A stretch of DNA of 64,000 nucleotides, from the NCBI RefSeq assembly GCF_004010195.1, contig NW_025215212.1:1-64000 (forward strand), in the 5' to 3' direction. Positions within the stretch are counted from its first letter, which is position 1. Each line of letters opens with the position of its first letter. Both the position numbers and the translations under genes were made by a program. The notes beneath the pieces are model-generated. The model searched no databases, was not told the DNA's origin, and was given only the letters and a program-made list of their open reading frames with translations. This stretch comes from Chiloscyllium plagiosum (taxonomy: Eukaryota). Below are positions 63,501-64,000 of the stretch, piece after piece.

Positions 63501-64000
63501 TAATATGAGGCTGTAGGTGTTGCTTAACAGCAGAATATCAGTTTATTACACAGAGAAGAAATTACCAAAGCTGTATATTTAAAAAGATTTGAAAAATGTT
63601 TCAAAGTTAAAAGGATCTTAGCACAGAAATGGAAACAAACTTTCAATTTGATTCCGGACATCATTCATTACTGAAACTCAATCCACGTGAAACATTACGT
63701 CCACCTGAGCTTTTTAAACTTTCCCTCACTGTGCTTTCCAGTTTCCACCCCTTGGAGACCAGGGTTTTATGATTTCGAGTGTGATGTTATGACACAGAGC
63801 AGGAAGAAAGGGAGACAAGGAGTGAGTGAGGCAGGTGCTCTGCTGTTGTCGTGTGGCATCTCAGAGAATGTTTAGGGTCTACGCTCTCTGGACAGAGTTC
63901 TGACATTCACAATATCCCTAAAAAGTAACTCTTTATGAAAATTATACTCTGTACTTTCTGATTAAGGTCAAAGTCTGAAATGTCCCTCCTCTCTTCAGAA

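Overview
Vertebrate genomic DNA, most likely a shark or other elasmobranch (inferred from many HE1-like tRNA-derived SINEs). The window holds one protein-coding gene, the type III intermediate filament GFAP. Exons 2-9 lie on the + strand (31222-53273) with GT-AG sites and sizes of 61/96/162/126/221/44/86/42 nt, matching the mammalian GFAP layout. The exon-1-equivalent lies on the - strand (8164-8568). The segment 1-18727 is bounded by a 41-bp satellite in opposite orientation to the array after a round 500-N gap, so it is probably a mis-oriented contig, though a real inversion is not excluded. That exon also begins at a splice acceptor, which implies an extra upstream exon not seen here. The rest is repeat-rich: CR1, Rex1/Babar and RTE LINE remnants, a Gypsy integrase remnant, Penelope-like elements (PLEs), SINEs and minisatellites. 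Many short PLE-derived insertions with target-site duplications (TSDs) carry minimal hammerhead ribozyme motifs, several on the GFAP sense strand. Inverted SINEs closely flank exons 2-6, whose back-splice would give a 666-nt stop-free circular ORF. All calls are by eye; repeat boundaries are approximate.
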